Shown here: one piece after another, positions 13,100 through 26,610 of the stretch
How positions within the stretch are numbered: position 1 is the first letter of the stretch
Layout: each line of letters opens with the position of its first letter
NCBI GenBank assembly: GCA_030265395.1
Contig: JARFYF010000017.1
Span: 29,345,415-29,409,414, forward strand
DNA: 64,000 nucleotides
Direction: 5' to 3'
Source: Rhina ancylostomus
Taxonomy: Eukaryota
Notes under the pieces: model-generated
Seen by the model: only the letters and a program-made list of their open reading frames with translations
What the model was told of the DNA's origin: nothing
Database searches by the model: none
Translations under genes and position numbers: made by a program

Positions 13100-14345
13100 T
13101 CAACCCTGGAATATATTCAGGCAAGGACAAATCAACAGGTGGCCAGCAAATTTGGACATTCCTTTGCCACTCTCTTGAAGGAATCTTTAGAGTTTGAAGA
13201 TAGGAAAGAAACGTCAATCTTTAAAAAGGTACAATACTTAAATGAGCCTTGTATCGTGTATGGATAAAATATTAGAAGACGCCCTTAAAAAAGAAATAGT
13301 AAGATAGCTGGAGAGGTCTGGTTTGGTATAATAGATGACAGAGCAACAAGAGGATTATTTGTCCAACAAACGTAACAAATTCTTTAAGGAAATGTAAGAT
13401 CTTGTTGAAAAGAAAATTTCATGGGAACGTACCTCTGTGTACAAGTGTTTAATATGTAGTATGGGCTCCTGAAGGAATCAGTGTTCATTCATACAAATGC
13501 AAATTAGGTAGATCTCTTTCAGAAAATTACATTATAAAATACTGTGTAGGAGTCACTTGAGACATGGCATTTGGTAAGTATAGTATACTTGAGGAACAGG
13601 TGACTGAGTTGACAATTCTTGAGTTTTTTTTCCACTGCAGAGATTTTTCTTGTCGATGAATTGTTTATGATTGATTGCAGTGACTAATCAGCCACTCCAT
13701 TATTGTTATGTCATGAAACGAGCAGGATGGTAGAAGACGGACCTTGGGTCATTTTTGTCCAGTAATCCTTAAGTTCCTGGGAGTTATGTATTTATATTAA
13801 TGTTATGCCACAGCATCAATTAGTCTAGAAGGTCACAGCTGGAACAATTTAATACAAGCTAAAATTTAACTAAACCAAAGAAAAGAAAGGATAACTTTAA
13901 ATGTATTGACCTGACATACGTTCAGTGCTGGTGCCTTGAAGTCTATGGAAACAACGCGAGTTGGGAACAGAAACAAAGCTGTTTAAATTTACATTTATTA
14001 CCAAATTGGGATGTTAAAGGCAATGAAATACATTGGGAAGGTAGATTGTTCAGTAGAAAACTGCATTTAGGCAGAGAATGAAAATAAACCAGTAGGAATA
14101 CAACTAAGCAATTTGAAGTCACAAATAGGACATGAGAGGGATCTAGGTGCATTTCTGGGTTGTTCATGGAAACTCACAGCATGGTGTATTGTAATAACAA
14201 AAACTAATGAGAAAGACAATGCAAATCTCATCAGATGAAGAATTGTTTCAAGGCACTGACATAGTTTTATTTGAATATGGTATTTAGGACCAGGTATTAT
14301 AATTGCAGCCTTTCTTTGGATTAGGATGTTATATCAAGAATCTAT
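13100..14345 (+). mobile_element. Highly decayed CR1 RT remnant
   Basis: Scattered CR1-like words such as 'gagagggatctaggtg' and 'tatagtatacttg'. No open frame. Confidence 0.4.
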
Positions 14346-14759
14346 CTGCTCTCCAATGTAGAAATAAAAAATCTTGTGTTGTCATTCACAGATGAGCAAG
14401 AGAGATGTGATGGCATCCAACATTTATTAATTGCATAAAACTGTTTTCTTTCAGCATATTTGAATTTTTAAAAAGCAATATTCCTTGGAGTGGAATATAA
14501 TGGCAAGAATTTCTGGGTCACTTTGTGTCACTCTGGAACTTCAGTTGTCAGGTCTGATGTGAGCTACCATTATGCCCCTAAGAAACTTAAACTAAGTTAT
14601 ACCAGGAATAACCAATTTTGGTATCTTAATGTGGATAGTGGTCCCTTAGACTAGTCAACGACAGCTTACATCGTTATAGCATCAACCTTAAGGGCAGTAT
14701 ACCAGACACTTCCATCACAATCCCTGTACACATTTTATTCCCAGTGGCAAACCAGACCT

Positions 14760-16720
14760 GTCAGAATTGGTGATACAGTGCTAGATGTGACCCTGCATGT
14801 TTTCAGCATTGATTGTGGATCCCATGACGTCTCCTGGTTTCAAGTCAAATGTGAGCAAGGAAACTATCTCCTAAAGTTTCAGTCTCCTTTAGAAAACTAT
14901 CTCCTGCCAATTGGTGAAGCAGTGACAAGGGATTACATGACTTTAAGCAATAAATGTAACAAGCAATTGGAATAGCTAAAGGGTCACACAATTAATGGAT
15001 CAGATCAAAGTTCTGCACACCTGTTGCATCTACTCATGAATGGGCAATTACATGTGTAATGGGAGGAGGAAGCTTCTGGAATATCTCATCATCAATGATG
15101 CCAAGGCCTTCCACGTTATTGCTAAAGAGGAGGCTAAAGCATTTGTAACCATATTTATCCAAAAGTGCCAAGTTCATGATCCATCTTGCCTTCCTTCTGA
15201 GATCCCCACCATTGCAGAAGTCAGTCTTCAATTCACTCCATGTGATATCAAGAAATATCTGAGAAGATTGGATAGAATAAAGGCCTTTGGACCAGACAAC
15301 ATACCAGTTGTACTATAAAGTACTGTGGTTAGTTCTGGATAGCCAACATATTTACAATACAGTTACAACAGTTCACCCAAAGGTGTGGAAAGTAACCCAG
15401 GTTTGTCCAGTTTGCAAAAAGCAGGATTTATCCAATCCAGTNNNNNNNNNNNNNNNNNNNNNNNNNNNNNNNNNNNNNNNNNNNNNNNNNNNNNNNNNNN
15501 NNNNNNNNNNNNNNNNNNNNNNNNNNNNNNNNNNNNNNNNNTTAACTACCATCCAATCAGTCTAATGGGAGGTGTCATTAACAATGATAACAAGCATCTC
15601 TTACCTTTTAATAAACTCTTTAACAACCAAAGAGCTGAATTCCAGAGGTGAGGTGAAAGTGACTGTTCTTGACACCAGGGTAGCATTTGACCAAGTGTGG
15701 CATCAAGGAGCTTCAGTCAAAATGAAGTCAATTGACATCGAGAGGAAACATCCCACTAGTTGAAATCATTCCTTACATAAATAAGGACAATGATGGTTTC
15801 TCAAGGTCAATCATGCCAGCCCCAGGACATGACTGCAGGATAGTGACCCAAGCCAAACCATCTTCAGCTGCTTCATCACTGAGTTTCCTTCGATCACAAG
15901 GTCAGAAGTGGGAGTGTTTGCTGATAATTGCACAGTTTAATTCCATCCACAATACCTCAGCAAATGAAGCAGCCCATGCCTGCATATTAGCAAGATCTAG
16001 ACAACATTCAGGCATGGGTTAAATGATAAGTAACACTTGGGCCATGAAAGTGCCAGACGAGAGAGAGTCTAACCACTAACTTTTGATGTTCCATAGCAAA
16101 ACCATTTCCGATTACCACATCATCAGCATGCTAGGCTTCACCACCAACCAGAAGTTCAACTAGACCAGCCAAATATAGCTGCAAGAGCAGACTGTAGGCT
16201 GGGTAACCACGAGCATCCTGGAACCTTCCCATCATCTGCATTGTATAAATCAGAAGTGTGATTGAATACTCTCCACTTGCCTGGCTGACTGCAGCTCAAT
16301 AACATTAGCTCAACAACACCATCCACAACAAAAGAGTATGCGTGACTGGCACCTCATCCACTGCCCTAAACATTTATTCCCTCCACCACCTTGCTATTTA
16401 CAAAGATGCACTGCAGTTACATGCTTACTGTTTTAACAGCAGCTGCCATACCAAGGACCATTGCCACCAGGAATACGAAAGGCAATATGCATTTGGGAAC
16501 GTCACAAACTGCAGGCTTCACCCAAGGTGCATACTATCCTGAGTTGGAAATATGTGGCCATTCCTTCATTTTCACTGGTCTAAATTCTAGAACTCCTTCC
16601 ATGCAGCATTGTGGACTGCCTTCTCCAGAAGAACTATGTTTAAAAGATGGCTAGCCACCACTTTCATGAGGGAAATTAGAGATGGACAATAGATGCTTAC
16701 CTTGTCTGTGATGTCCACAG
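14760..16720 (+). mobile_element. CR1-group family B LINE, RT to 3' end
   Basis: ORFs SLQFTPCDIKKYLRRLDRIKAFGPDNIPVVL, WKVTQVCPVCKKQD, TKELNSRGEVKVTVLDTRVAFDQVWHQG. 3' end 'gatgcttaccttgtctgtgatgtccac'. Confidence 0.85.
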
Positions 16721-17394
16721 CTTTCCCACCCTTTGAATGGTTATTCATTTAAATCTGTCAACAACATCCCTCTGTCCTGAACTGCCTGGCAGTATCATTT
16801 GAATGACCAAATCATGCTCAATTTGGTCAGCTGTCCATACTCGCTGCACCACATCCTCCCCACCCTATAATAATCTTTGAATGCATACATCCACTTATTT
16901 TGCACATTCCAATTCCTCACCCTGGCAGTAATGGCTTGGCCCCAGTGGGCATATCCCTGATGATGCTTAACAGAAGTCAAAGCCTCGACTGCTATCAAAA
17001 GAACGTAAGAGCTTTAAAGTGTCTCTGATATATGGAGACATTTAAAAATAATTAAATGTCTTTCAAAAAAACAAATAACTTTTAAAAAATAAACTTTAAA
17101 ATAAATATTTATTAAAAACTCATTAAAACTCTAAGAAATACTTGAAAAGTTTAGGACAGAGTAAAATAAGTAAAAAATATATATAATTTACTGAATACAT
17201 CACTTCCTTCCCAATGTTTAGATCAGGAATCTCCATTCAGATGAATGTGGATTCTGATCCTGGTGTAGGGTTGGGACGTGGTGAATCCCCAGCTTCATGC
17301 TGGACTATGCCTATGAATTGCTGCTCTACTCCTGTCTCTGTGTGGAGTCCAACAGTGGAGGGGTGTGACAGATGTACCTGCATCATTACCAGGT

Positions 17395-17955
17395 GCTGGT
17401 GAGACCACGTGTCGTACTGCATTAAGTTTTGGTCTCTGTATTTAAGGATGGATATTGCATTGGAGGCCGTGCAGAGGTTTCACTAGATTGATTCTAGGAT
17501 GAAAGGGTTGATCATGATGAAAGGTTGAGCTGGTTGGACCTGTACTCATTGGAGTTTAGAAGAATAGGAGATGATCTTACAGAAATATGCAAGATTCTGA
17601 GGGATATTTACAGGCTGGAGGTTGAGCTGATGTTTTCCCTAGCCCTGGTATCCAAAAATAGAGGTCAAGCTTTCAAAATAAGGAATTCCCCATTTCAGAT
17701 GGAGATTTGGAAAAAAATTCTTCACTCAGAGGTTCGTGACTCTTTGGAAATGCGTACCCAGCAAGCTGTGAAAGTGGAGTCATTGAATCTATTCAAGGCA
17801 GAAATTGACAGATATTTGATCTACAAGGGAGTGAAAAGGCGTGGTGCTAGAGCAGGAAAGTGATACAATGACCAGGTTTAGATCATCCATGCTCATTGAA
17901 TAATAGCGCAGACCTAGGGGTTGATTGGCCTCCTCCTCTTGTTTCTCATGTCTCT
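17395..17955 (+). mobile_element. CR1 LINE 3' portion
   Basis: ORF 17525..17863 LDLYSLEFRRIGDDLTEICKIL...SLNLFKAEIDRYL, followed by the CR1 tail. Confidence 0.88.
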
Positions 17956-18261
17956 TGTAAACAGAGGAATGAGTCACCATACATTATTTATACTGTGGTT
18001 TATTAGCTGGGGTTTCCAATTGCTGGCTCCAAGATGCCAAAGGGTTTGTATGTTATTACATTGAAAAAGCTTTTATTCAAATCTACATGGCTTTTCATTT
18101 TAAAAATTCTCATATCTTTATTATTTGAAATGATGTCAAATTTGATGTTCAAATTCTAAATGATCTTTTAAGAAGTGTCTCCTTTATTATAATTATCTCT
18201 TACACTTTCTACATTTCTTATATATTTAACCATTGTTATTAATAATTGTTTTCTTTCCTAG

Positions 18262-18319
18262 CTGTTTGATGGCATTGAATGTGAATTTCCTCTGTTTTAC
18301 ATTTATTTGGTAATTGATG
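18262..18319 (+). CDS. PHKB: PHKB internal coding exon (~exon 11), 58 bp
   Basis: tcctag|CTGTTT...ATTGATG|gtaagt. Translates LFDGIECEFPLFYIYLVID(G). Confidence 0.97.
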
Positions 18320-21300
18320 GTAAGTAAAATGTGCAAGTTGCTTGATTTGAAAAGTAATTCTAGTTCAAATGTATTGATTAACATTACTTCTGGATTCATT
18401 TTGTATTGGAAGCATATCATTTCCATCAAATTACCTGGCTAGTTTTCAAAATATGTTAGTTTACTACCCAATGGCAAAATTATCCTCGCAGAAGTCAATT
18501 CATTCAAAGTGGATTGTAAGGCTAAATGAAAATAGTGTTAACAAAAAGAAAGTGTTGATAACCAGAGGGCACAGATGTACCATGATTGACAAAAGGACCA
18601 AATTAAATTGAGGAAAAGCATTACTATGCAGTACCCCTGGTTAGCATATGGAATGCATCACCTCATAGGATGATAGCAAAGTATTTAATATTAAATTTAA
18701 AAAGAAAGTAGATTCACTGAATTGCTCTTCAAAAAAAACCCCACAGACTACTAGGATATCCTTCTAAGGTGCAATATTCTACTATCCTAAAGTTCACTCA
18801 ATTTAATTGGTTGCACAGCAATCACCTTGAAAGGAGAACCAACTTCTGCTACAAAATTGCCTGACAGGTTCCATTACGTCAAGTTGATGTTAACTTATTT
18901 GTCTGTGCTGGAAGGTCCACCTCACTTTTTAGTTTACGATAAACTGAACATTATCATACATCATGCACATCATATTATTGTTACAAAAATAAAATTCCCT
19001 AAAGTTTGATTGTTTTAGTAACTTACACACAACTTTCATTATGTGTTGCAATAGAGGTATTTGGTTATTAAGATCTTAAGCTGACACAACATGTGGTGTT
19101 AGTAAATCAGTGGCATAACTTTGGAATGGATCATGAGTTCAGATTCAGTGTTGGAAATTTATAGGCTCATAACAATTTTAAAAAAACCATAACACCCTCT
19201 TGATTTTATTAATACCTGCAACCCACCTGGTTTTGACAAAATGAAATCCCGCCCCATTACCTGAAGTTGATTCTTTATTCTTAATGATCCAAAAATCTAC
19301 TTGACTGTTCACTGGTATGTTGCTCAAGACACATTCCCTGGAACAAGCAATGGAATTGGTCCAAAGAGAGGTCGTTTGTAGATATATTTTATATATATAT
19401 ATGAGAGAGAGAGAGAAGAGAGATATGCTAGTGGTGCTACTTTGCCAAGAACCTGACGTGAAACCCTGCACTTACTGCACACTTGTAGCATTGAATCACC
19501 TTTGGCTTGGTGTAGTGAGGTTGCCTGTTAAAAGTCAGTGTTGGACAGGATTGGGCAAATGGCACTACTACTTAGCACCAAGATGTTGGGCTCGGGGCTG
19601 CACCCTGGTCAGCACAGTGAGTGTGGACCATTGCTGGGGACTGGCAGTGGCTGCACCATGAGCTGACTGACCACATGATCCTCTAGACTTTTCATTACTT
19701 ACTGTTCAATGTACACTCCACCTCTCCCTTACCATCCCTTTGGAAGCACACCTCTCCCTATCCCATTCCATTGCATCTGTTAACATGGAGGAATGTCTGG
19801 GCTGAGAGAGGAACTGGAAAACAAAAACTGTTAAGGTATTTGTTAACACTGTTGGGAGAAAAGAACATTTGAAGTAATCCTAAACTAAATATGTATCAGG
19901 AATAGAATGCCACCCAGGGTATAATGGAAGGTTACACTTGGACCCCACTTAGTCTTTTCCCATAGAGTGCTGCTTTATGGTCTTGGTCCTCCAGTCCAAA
20001 CACTCCTCACAGATATGTACCCCTTTACTTTAAATAAGACATTGTCTGCAAGCTGCCATGCCAGGAACTTGGTACAAACACCATTGCTGCTCATTGCTCT
20101 GACAGGAACCTGTCAGATTGACCCACAGCTAGTGTGGCAACGAATTGCCCCACAGCTAGTGTGGCAAAGCTGCCTGTGAGAGCTGCTGTTGGGTGGGTTG
20201 CCATGTGAGACTCCGGGCTGCACATTGGCCAGTGAGCAGGGTCATTGCTGGGGACTGGCAGCACCTGTTCCATATATTAACAGACTGCTAGGATCCTACA
20301 GTGTCTCTCATCACCTCCTGTTGCCTCTCCTTTCTTTGTATGGCTGCACAGCTTTCCTAACTGATTTGGTATTGAGTTTGTTACCCTACAGTGAAATCTC
20401 TGGGCTTGAGAGAGCTCTGCAGGCTAACAAAAAGTGGAGGACATATCAGCCTCCATCACATCCAATAGAATCTGGGCAGTTTGTTTTTAACACATGGAGC
20501 AGTCTCTTCCAGATTCTAGCACTAAGTTACTTACCATGCTGGTCATCGTTCAGCTCTGAGCCCTACATCTTAGTGACTGTACTGCTCATGCTGACATACC
20601 CAACACTGCTTAACACAGGTAACCTTTGCACACTGATCTGTGTGTGATTCTCTGCTGTGGCAGTGCCAGTGTTGCTACTTGGGTGCCAGGGTAACATAAA
20701 AGAATGCAAAATAATATGATAATGAGCATGTTCACCTATCGCCAATTTCCCTGGTATGAGGTTAAGTAATTTACATCAGTAAATTGTGCATTGAACTTCT
20801 TGGTCAACATTTGAAAGCTGATGTGTGAATTGGGAAAGCTGTCTTACCAGTAATCAGGCAATTGTCATATTTAGAGGGATGATGTTGTATTAATGTAACT
20901 CAGAACCTCTCAAACTCTCAAAGGCTAGACCAGTTTGGCCTGTAGTGAGAATAGCAAGGCAAACTTCGTAGTGAGTATTAAGATAGCTCATTTTTGTACC
21001 CATGTTTCCTTAGTAATTTTATCGGTTGATGTTAGTTGCTAGTGCAGAGGTCAATGGTCATTATCTTTAATAGAACCTGAACAACGTGCTGTTTTGTATT
21101 CACAAGTGGCAGATTATTTGTGCTCTCGATGAGTGTTTGGCAAGAGGAAAATGCCATCCACCTTGCACTGGCCTTAAGTTCTTGAATTGACTAGTTACAA
21201 TCACCATGAAAATGCAGTATTTCATCTTCAGGGCAAATCAGAATCATATGATCATATCCTGAAAACAAATGAGAATAAATATTTGTTGTTATTTATACCT

Positions 21301-23067
21301 TTGATCCATCTGATAAATCTAGCAACAGTGTTCTCCCTTCCTTATGTGCATACTTTGTAATATCTAGAACTAGCTGTTAGGAAATGCGTACGCACATAAG
21401 TGTAGAGTAGGGATAATGCTTGTAATGTGGATGTACCAATCAGTAGTTACTAATTATCATTATAAATTTTAGTTACTGCTATAATTAACAAAAAGGCCTT
21501 TTAAGTTTGTATATCTTTCCAGCTAAATGAAGGAATTGCCCTTTCCCCAATACTTTTGCCTTGTACATACTGTTGTGTTGTGAATACATATTTCTTTATC
21601 CCTTCCATCCCAAATATTTTGAGATCCAAATATAATCTTTGGATTGTCATGCTTTTATATCAATCCATTCATTTTTATTTTGCTACCTTTTGAGCTAAAG
21701 GACTAAATTTTCATAGATTGGTACTCTGATTTCCCACACACCTGGGCATTTTCATTGAAGTGATAAAATGGTGGAAATGGACTTGTTCCACACAAGAAAT
21801 AGTGTTAGCAAATATCCTTAGGAATTTTAACTGTTGTCTACACAGACCATATTGGAGAAGGCATTAGCATGTGTACAGTGTTCATGCCAGAAACATACAG
21901 AGCAGACAAGCCATGGTATTAATCATTATTCAACACTGATTTGACACCAGTCATGTCATTTTGGAGCTAGCTAAAATTCCCTCCTTCAACTTTACATAGT
22001 TAAACATTGCAAAAAGGACTCCTGACCTGAAACTGTTTAAAGGGATGATTATAAAAGTGGAAAATACAATAAACTCTTAGCAGTTCAAGTTGTGAAGAGA
22101 AAAACAGTTAATATTTCATGAGTGTGTGACTTTCTTCCCCAAAAGTTATCACCTATCATGTAAAAACCTTGCAATATGCAACACATTTTCTATCACCATT
22201 GTATTTTATTGCTCCGTGTGACCTGTTTGTGAAATTTTTGTGGCAAGATGATGGAAATTTTCTGCTTTCACTAAAATTTGAGTAATTTCTCTGTACTAAG
22301 TGGTAAGTAATAAAGGACTCGGTATCTTCCCACATTATCTGCACTATAGTAAATTATATTTAAAGGCATATTGTTGCCACAACTAAAGTTTAAAATATAT
22401 TTATGAATGTTTGTATCAAATATCTATAATGAATGTAAGTACGCAATAAATCAAAAGAAAATAATTTTCAGAAAGTGGCCTAGAAATTGGACCACGCACT
22501 TTCTGTTGTATTCACTTAATGCCAATGTCATTTCTAAAGTCTTCAATATATTACCAGCATAAACTAGAGCAAAATGTTGCTACCTATGATCTTTGCAATT
22601 ATCTCACATTTCAACAAGGAGCTGAAAAATGTGATTTAAAATGTATTCCCTGTGATTCCATTTGTGTGTGTGTGAAGATGATCCTTCATAATCTTTATAA
22701 CACTCGTTGCTGGCAAGTCTTAGTACAGAATGATACAAACTGATAATGCAATTTACTCATCACTTAATATATGAGAACAATGGTGCAACTAATTGCAGGA
22801 GCATGTAACTATGAGGCACGATCAGCACACTCAGCGCTCAGGTGAATCTTGGATCATTACCTGTCCTTGTGCCCCATCCTCCCTCCCCTTCTAATGTTTG
22901 AATTCAATGCATAATGGATTGACCCATAGTACTCACTACATTAATGATTTCTTAAAATTTTACCATACCAATTATGGGTGAATTCAACTTGTTTGGCAAG
23001 TAAGAGGTTTTTGAAACTATATATGTATATAAATAAAAGTAATAATGTCTTGGGACTTTTTGTTTAG

Positions 23068-23145
23068 GAGTATTTAGAGGAAAACCGGATCAAGCAAAAG
23101 AATACATGAAACTCCTTGAGCCATTACTTCATCAGTCATATGAAG
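23068..23145 (+). CDS. PHKB: PHKB internal coding exon (~exon 12), 78 bp
   Basis: gtttag|GAGTATTT...TATGAAG|gtaagg. Translates (G)VFRGKPDQAKEYMKLLEPLLHQSYE(G). Phase 1-1 is consistent with its neighbours. Confidence 0.95.
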
Positions 23146-24379
23146 GTAAGGAAGATTCTCATGATTACATTGAAGAAAGATACAGTAAATTCTTTGTTTT
23201 AGACCAATGTGCAGAGAAAATTTTAGGCAAATTTAAGGTGGCATTTTTATAAAATTCTGAACAAATACATTTGTTTATTACTTTATAATTAGGCCACTAG
23301 TTATATTTCTAATCCATAAATTTGAGAGTTCATCCACAATGTTATTTCATGCACTGCCGAATCCAGTAACAATGCATGAACAGCTTATTTACAAGTCCAA
23401 ACTGAAGTTGAGCTTTCATCCATGCAGCTTCACGTTGGTTTACTGATCTATAAATAGAATATGAGGATAGTGTTGAAGGTTTTTTTTATATAAACAGATC
23501 TGAAACCTATAAGAACAATTTGGAGTTCTGTAGAAAAGTAGTAACCTAATAACAAAACTCTAATTTTGTTCAGTAGGGCCTGCAAAGTCAAATGAGTTCT
23601 ACAAAGTCCACGCTTTCCCATTTGGGCTTTCTATACATATAACCCACCAGCACATAAATATCCCACAACTTGTGCAGTGGTATGCAGTGGCATGCAACAT
23701 GTGCTTGGACACGACTACTGTGATATTGCTGGATGAATGCAGACAGTATAGTTCATTTCGACAGAAACAAGATTTCACAGTGCATGCGAGGCTGTCCCAT
23801 CATGGTTTAATTGGAATGTGCCTATTAAAGTCCCATGCTGCTATATCTGGGGCTAAGATCTGGGATCCCTTGCTTCAGCTTAAATACTTTCCTTGTGGCA
23901 GCTCTCCTTCAGGTACTCTAACCCGTTCCCCCCACACAGTCATGATCCATGATTACCCCCTCAAAGACAATTGTGAGTGTGAACCTCATTCCCAACCAGA
24001 TTGTGATCTCAAAGACCTATCCAGCAGCCATGCACCACAAATGGCTCTAACTGAGCTTCACAGTATTGATCTGTCCCCACAAGACACACAGCAAATTTAT
24101 AGCAAGTAGAGGGAAAACCATTCCCCTTGGACTGAGTTGACAATGGAATTTTTCAGTGGTTCACTCTCATAAAAGATGTTCTTCACCCTGACAAACACCA
24201 TCAAGTTAATGTGTTTTTCCAACCACCATTCAGTTTCTAGGCCCCAGATTCAGCATCATTGCTCATATGTGCTAAATTTGGCACAGTTTTACTTTGTTGT
24301 GTATAGCCAAGAAAGTATTTGAAACTGTCCAAAATGATGTCATAATGGAACAATATTGACTAGAAATTTAACTCAGAGA

Positions 24380-24875
24380 CGTGTTAGCCTGTGGTAAATA
24401 ATTCAACTGATGACAGCCCTCCTCTCCCCTGTCAAAGCCTTTTCTTCATCTGTAAGGTGCAACATGACACATTTCAGGACTAAGCAGCCACTGGAATGGC
24501 ATACATTTCAGCACCCTAAATATTCACCAACTCCACAATTCATGCATTATGATTGGAGTGTGCATCACCTGCAAATCACACTATAATAAGTCACCTCGGC
24601 CACTTCAAAAGCATTTGCCAAATTGAAGACCTTTTACACGTACACTATTACCTGCAGGGTCCCCAGAAAACTCTCGCACCATTCTGATGTGGAAATATAT
24701 CACCATTCCTTAATTATTACTGCATATAAATCCTGAAAATCCTTACCATTCAGCACCTTCACCAGATGGCAGCTATTCAAAAGGATGTTTCAGAGTCACC
24801 TTCTGCAGAGGAATTAAGAATTTACAGTAAATGCTGGCCTTGCCAGCAATGCCCTCATCCTGTGAATAAATAAGA
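24380..24875 (+). mobile_element. CR1-group family B LINE 3' part
   Basis: Ends 'aaatgctggccttgccagcaatgccctcatcctgtgaataaataa', the family 3' terminus that also appears reversed at 37410, 47350 and 54140. Confidence 0.75.
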
Positions 24876-26610
24876 GAAAGTGAGATGAATTCCATGTCAC
24901 CATAATGCTCTTTCACAAACATTTATCATTTTGTAGAAATTTACTTGCATGTCTAAATTGTTCTGTTGGGGAAAATTTTCAAGGAAAAAAATGTAGGTGG
25001 ATACTTAGGTTACATTTATTAGCAATACTAGGTCAAAGAGACTTTCTAAGAAGCAAATGGATTAAGATCACTGCTGTGTATTTCAGCTCTTTTTGTGCAG
25101 CTTATGAATTACTATATTACCATTGCAAAAGCCTCATCTTTCTGCTAGTGATTGTATTCTCAGTGAAGCACTCCCATCTCACCAGGAAAAAAGCCTAAAC
25201 AACCGTGCCCCTACTGTATTTGTCAGAACCCCAGTCATGCTTAAATTTAGCTTGCTGGGAGAATTATGACATATAAGAAGTTGATCTGACAGTGCTATGC
25301 TCCAGCTCATTTGTGCTAGGGTATTCATGTATCTTGTTTCCAGGAGAGTACCCAGCAGGGTTATTTTGTACAACTATTTCACTTTGGATGAAAAGGAACC
25401 AGCCACTGACTAATATGAAGCAATTAATACAGCATGTTTTAATTCTCCCGTGCACAGACTTGGCAGATGCATTATTTATTAGTAAACTGGCTCAAAGCCG
25501 TGATAAAATTTCTCACATAAATATTTGACCAAGTGCCAGTGCTGTATTAAGAGGGTATTTCTCTGGAACTGTTGTATATGTTTGATAATCCCAAAGGAGG
25601 ACATGGCTAAAAGTGACTCATCTATAATTTGATGTCTCACAAAATGCTGCATTTTTAATATGGAGATCACATTTATTTTGAAGACTTATTTTCATTTTGA
25701 CAAAAGCTGTACAGATTTTTGCAGGGCAAACATGTTATTTCTTAATCAAAATAATAATGCATTCTTTGTCTAAATCTTTTGTCCCAAAGATTTATAGAAA
25801 CACAAGGAACTCTTAATGAGTGCAGTAATCAAAATGAATTTTGATTCCTAGAACTTAATTTATTGAGAAGGCAATGGATATGATATTGATTTATTTAATT
25901 CTTCCATCTGCCTTCTCCATGTTTATAGTGATTCAGTTTCTTGCTGTGAATCAGATTTTTCTTTGCCTCTCTTAACCTGGTGTACTACATTATCACATTC
26001 TGAACTTGCATCCCTGTCATTCTGTATTGTTTACACTGTTAACAGTACTGCTGCTTCCTGGTCTTGCCCTTATAAACTAAGATATTCCGAGTAGAGTACA
26101 ATCTGTAGAATCTTACCATCTGTTGTTACACTTAGAAAACTCAGTGTTGCAAATGAAAATAATAGACTGAGTTAAACCAAGGAAGGAAACTGGGGAAACT
26201 GAGGAAACTGAATTGACCAAGGGGATTTGCTGTTACAGCTGAAGCAAAAGGAACAATATTATTTGGTAATGTCAATTAAAATGCTTAATTGGGGACATGA
26301 TGAGTAGAGAGCTCCTTAGCTGCTGTCAAACAGGCAAGATGAGAAAAATGGCTTATGTTCTGGGAAATAACTTGTGCATCACACGCAATTTGAATGGTAA
26401 ATAGTACCATTTTTTTGAAAGTGGAAAAGGTATAAAATGTCTCCTTGTATGATACTTGAAATTAATTTCAATTAAAATATTTCTTTGAATTCGCCTGGCT
26501 ACTTTTTGAAACTACCTTCAAAATTAACAAATTTTTCAAATACTTTTCCCTTATCCACACAGGCAACAGTAACTTATATCTGTTCACGGCAGTAAGGGAA
26601 GTAGGAGTAT

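Noticed and set aside
20118-20167. CRISPR-like palindromic direct repeats
   Set aside because: Only two copies with a 4-nt spacer, in a vertebrate intron with no cas genes.
23672-24109. 145-aa ORF (also 20189..20647 and 53431..53805)
   Set aside because: No recognisable domain, no supporting exon structure, and non-ATG starts for some. Consistent with chance ORFs in old repeats.
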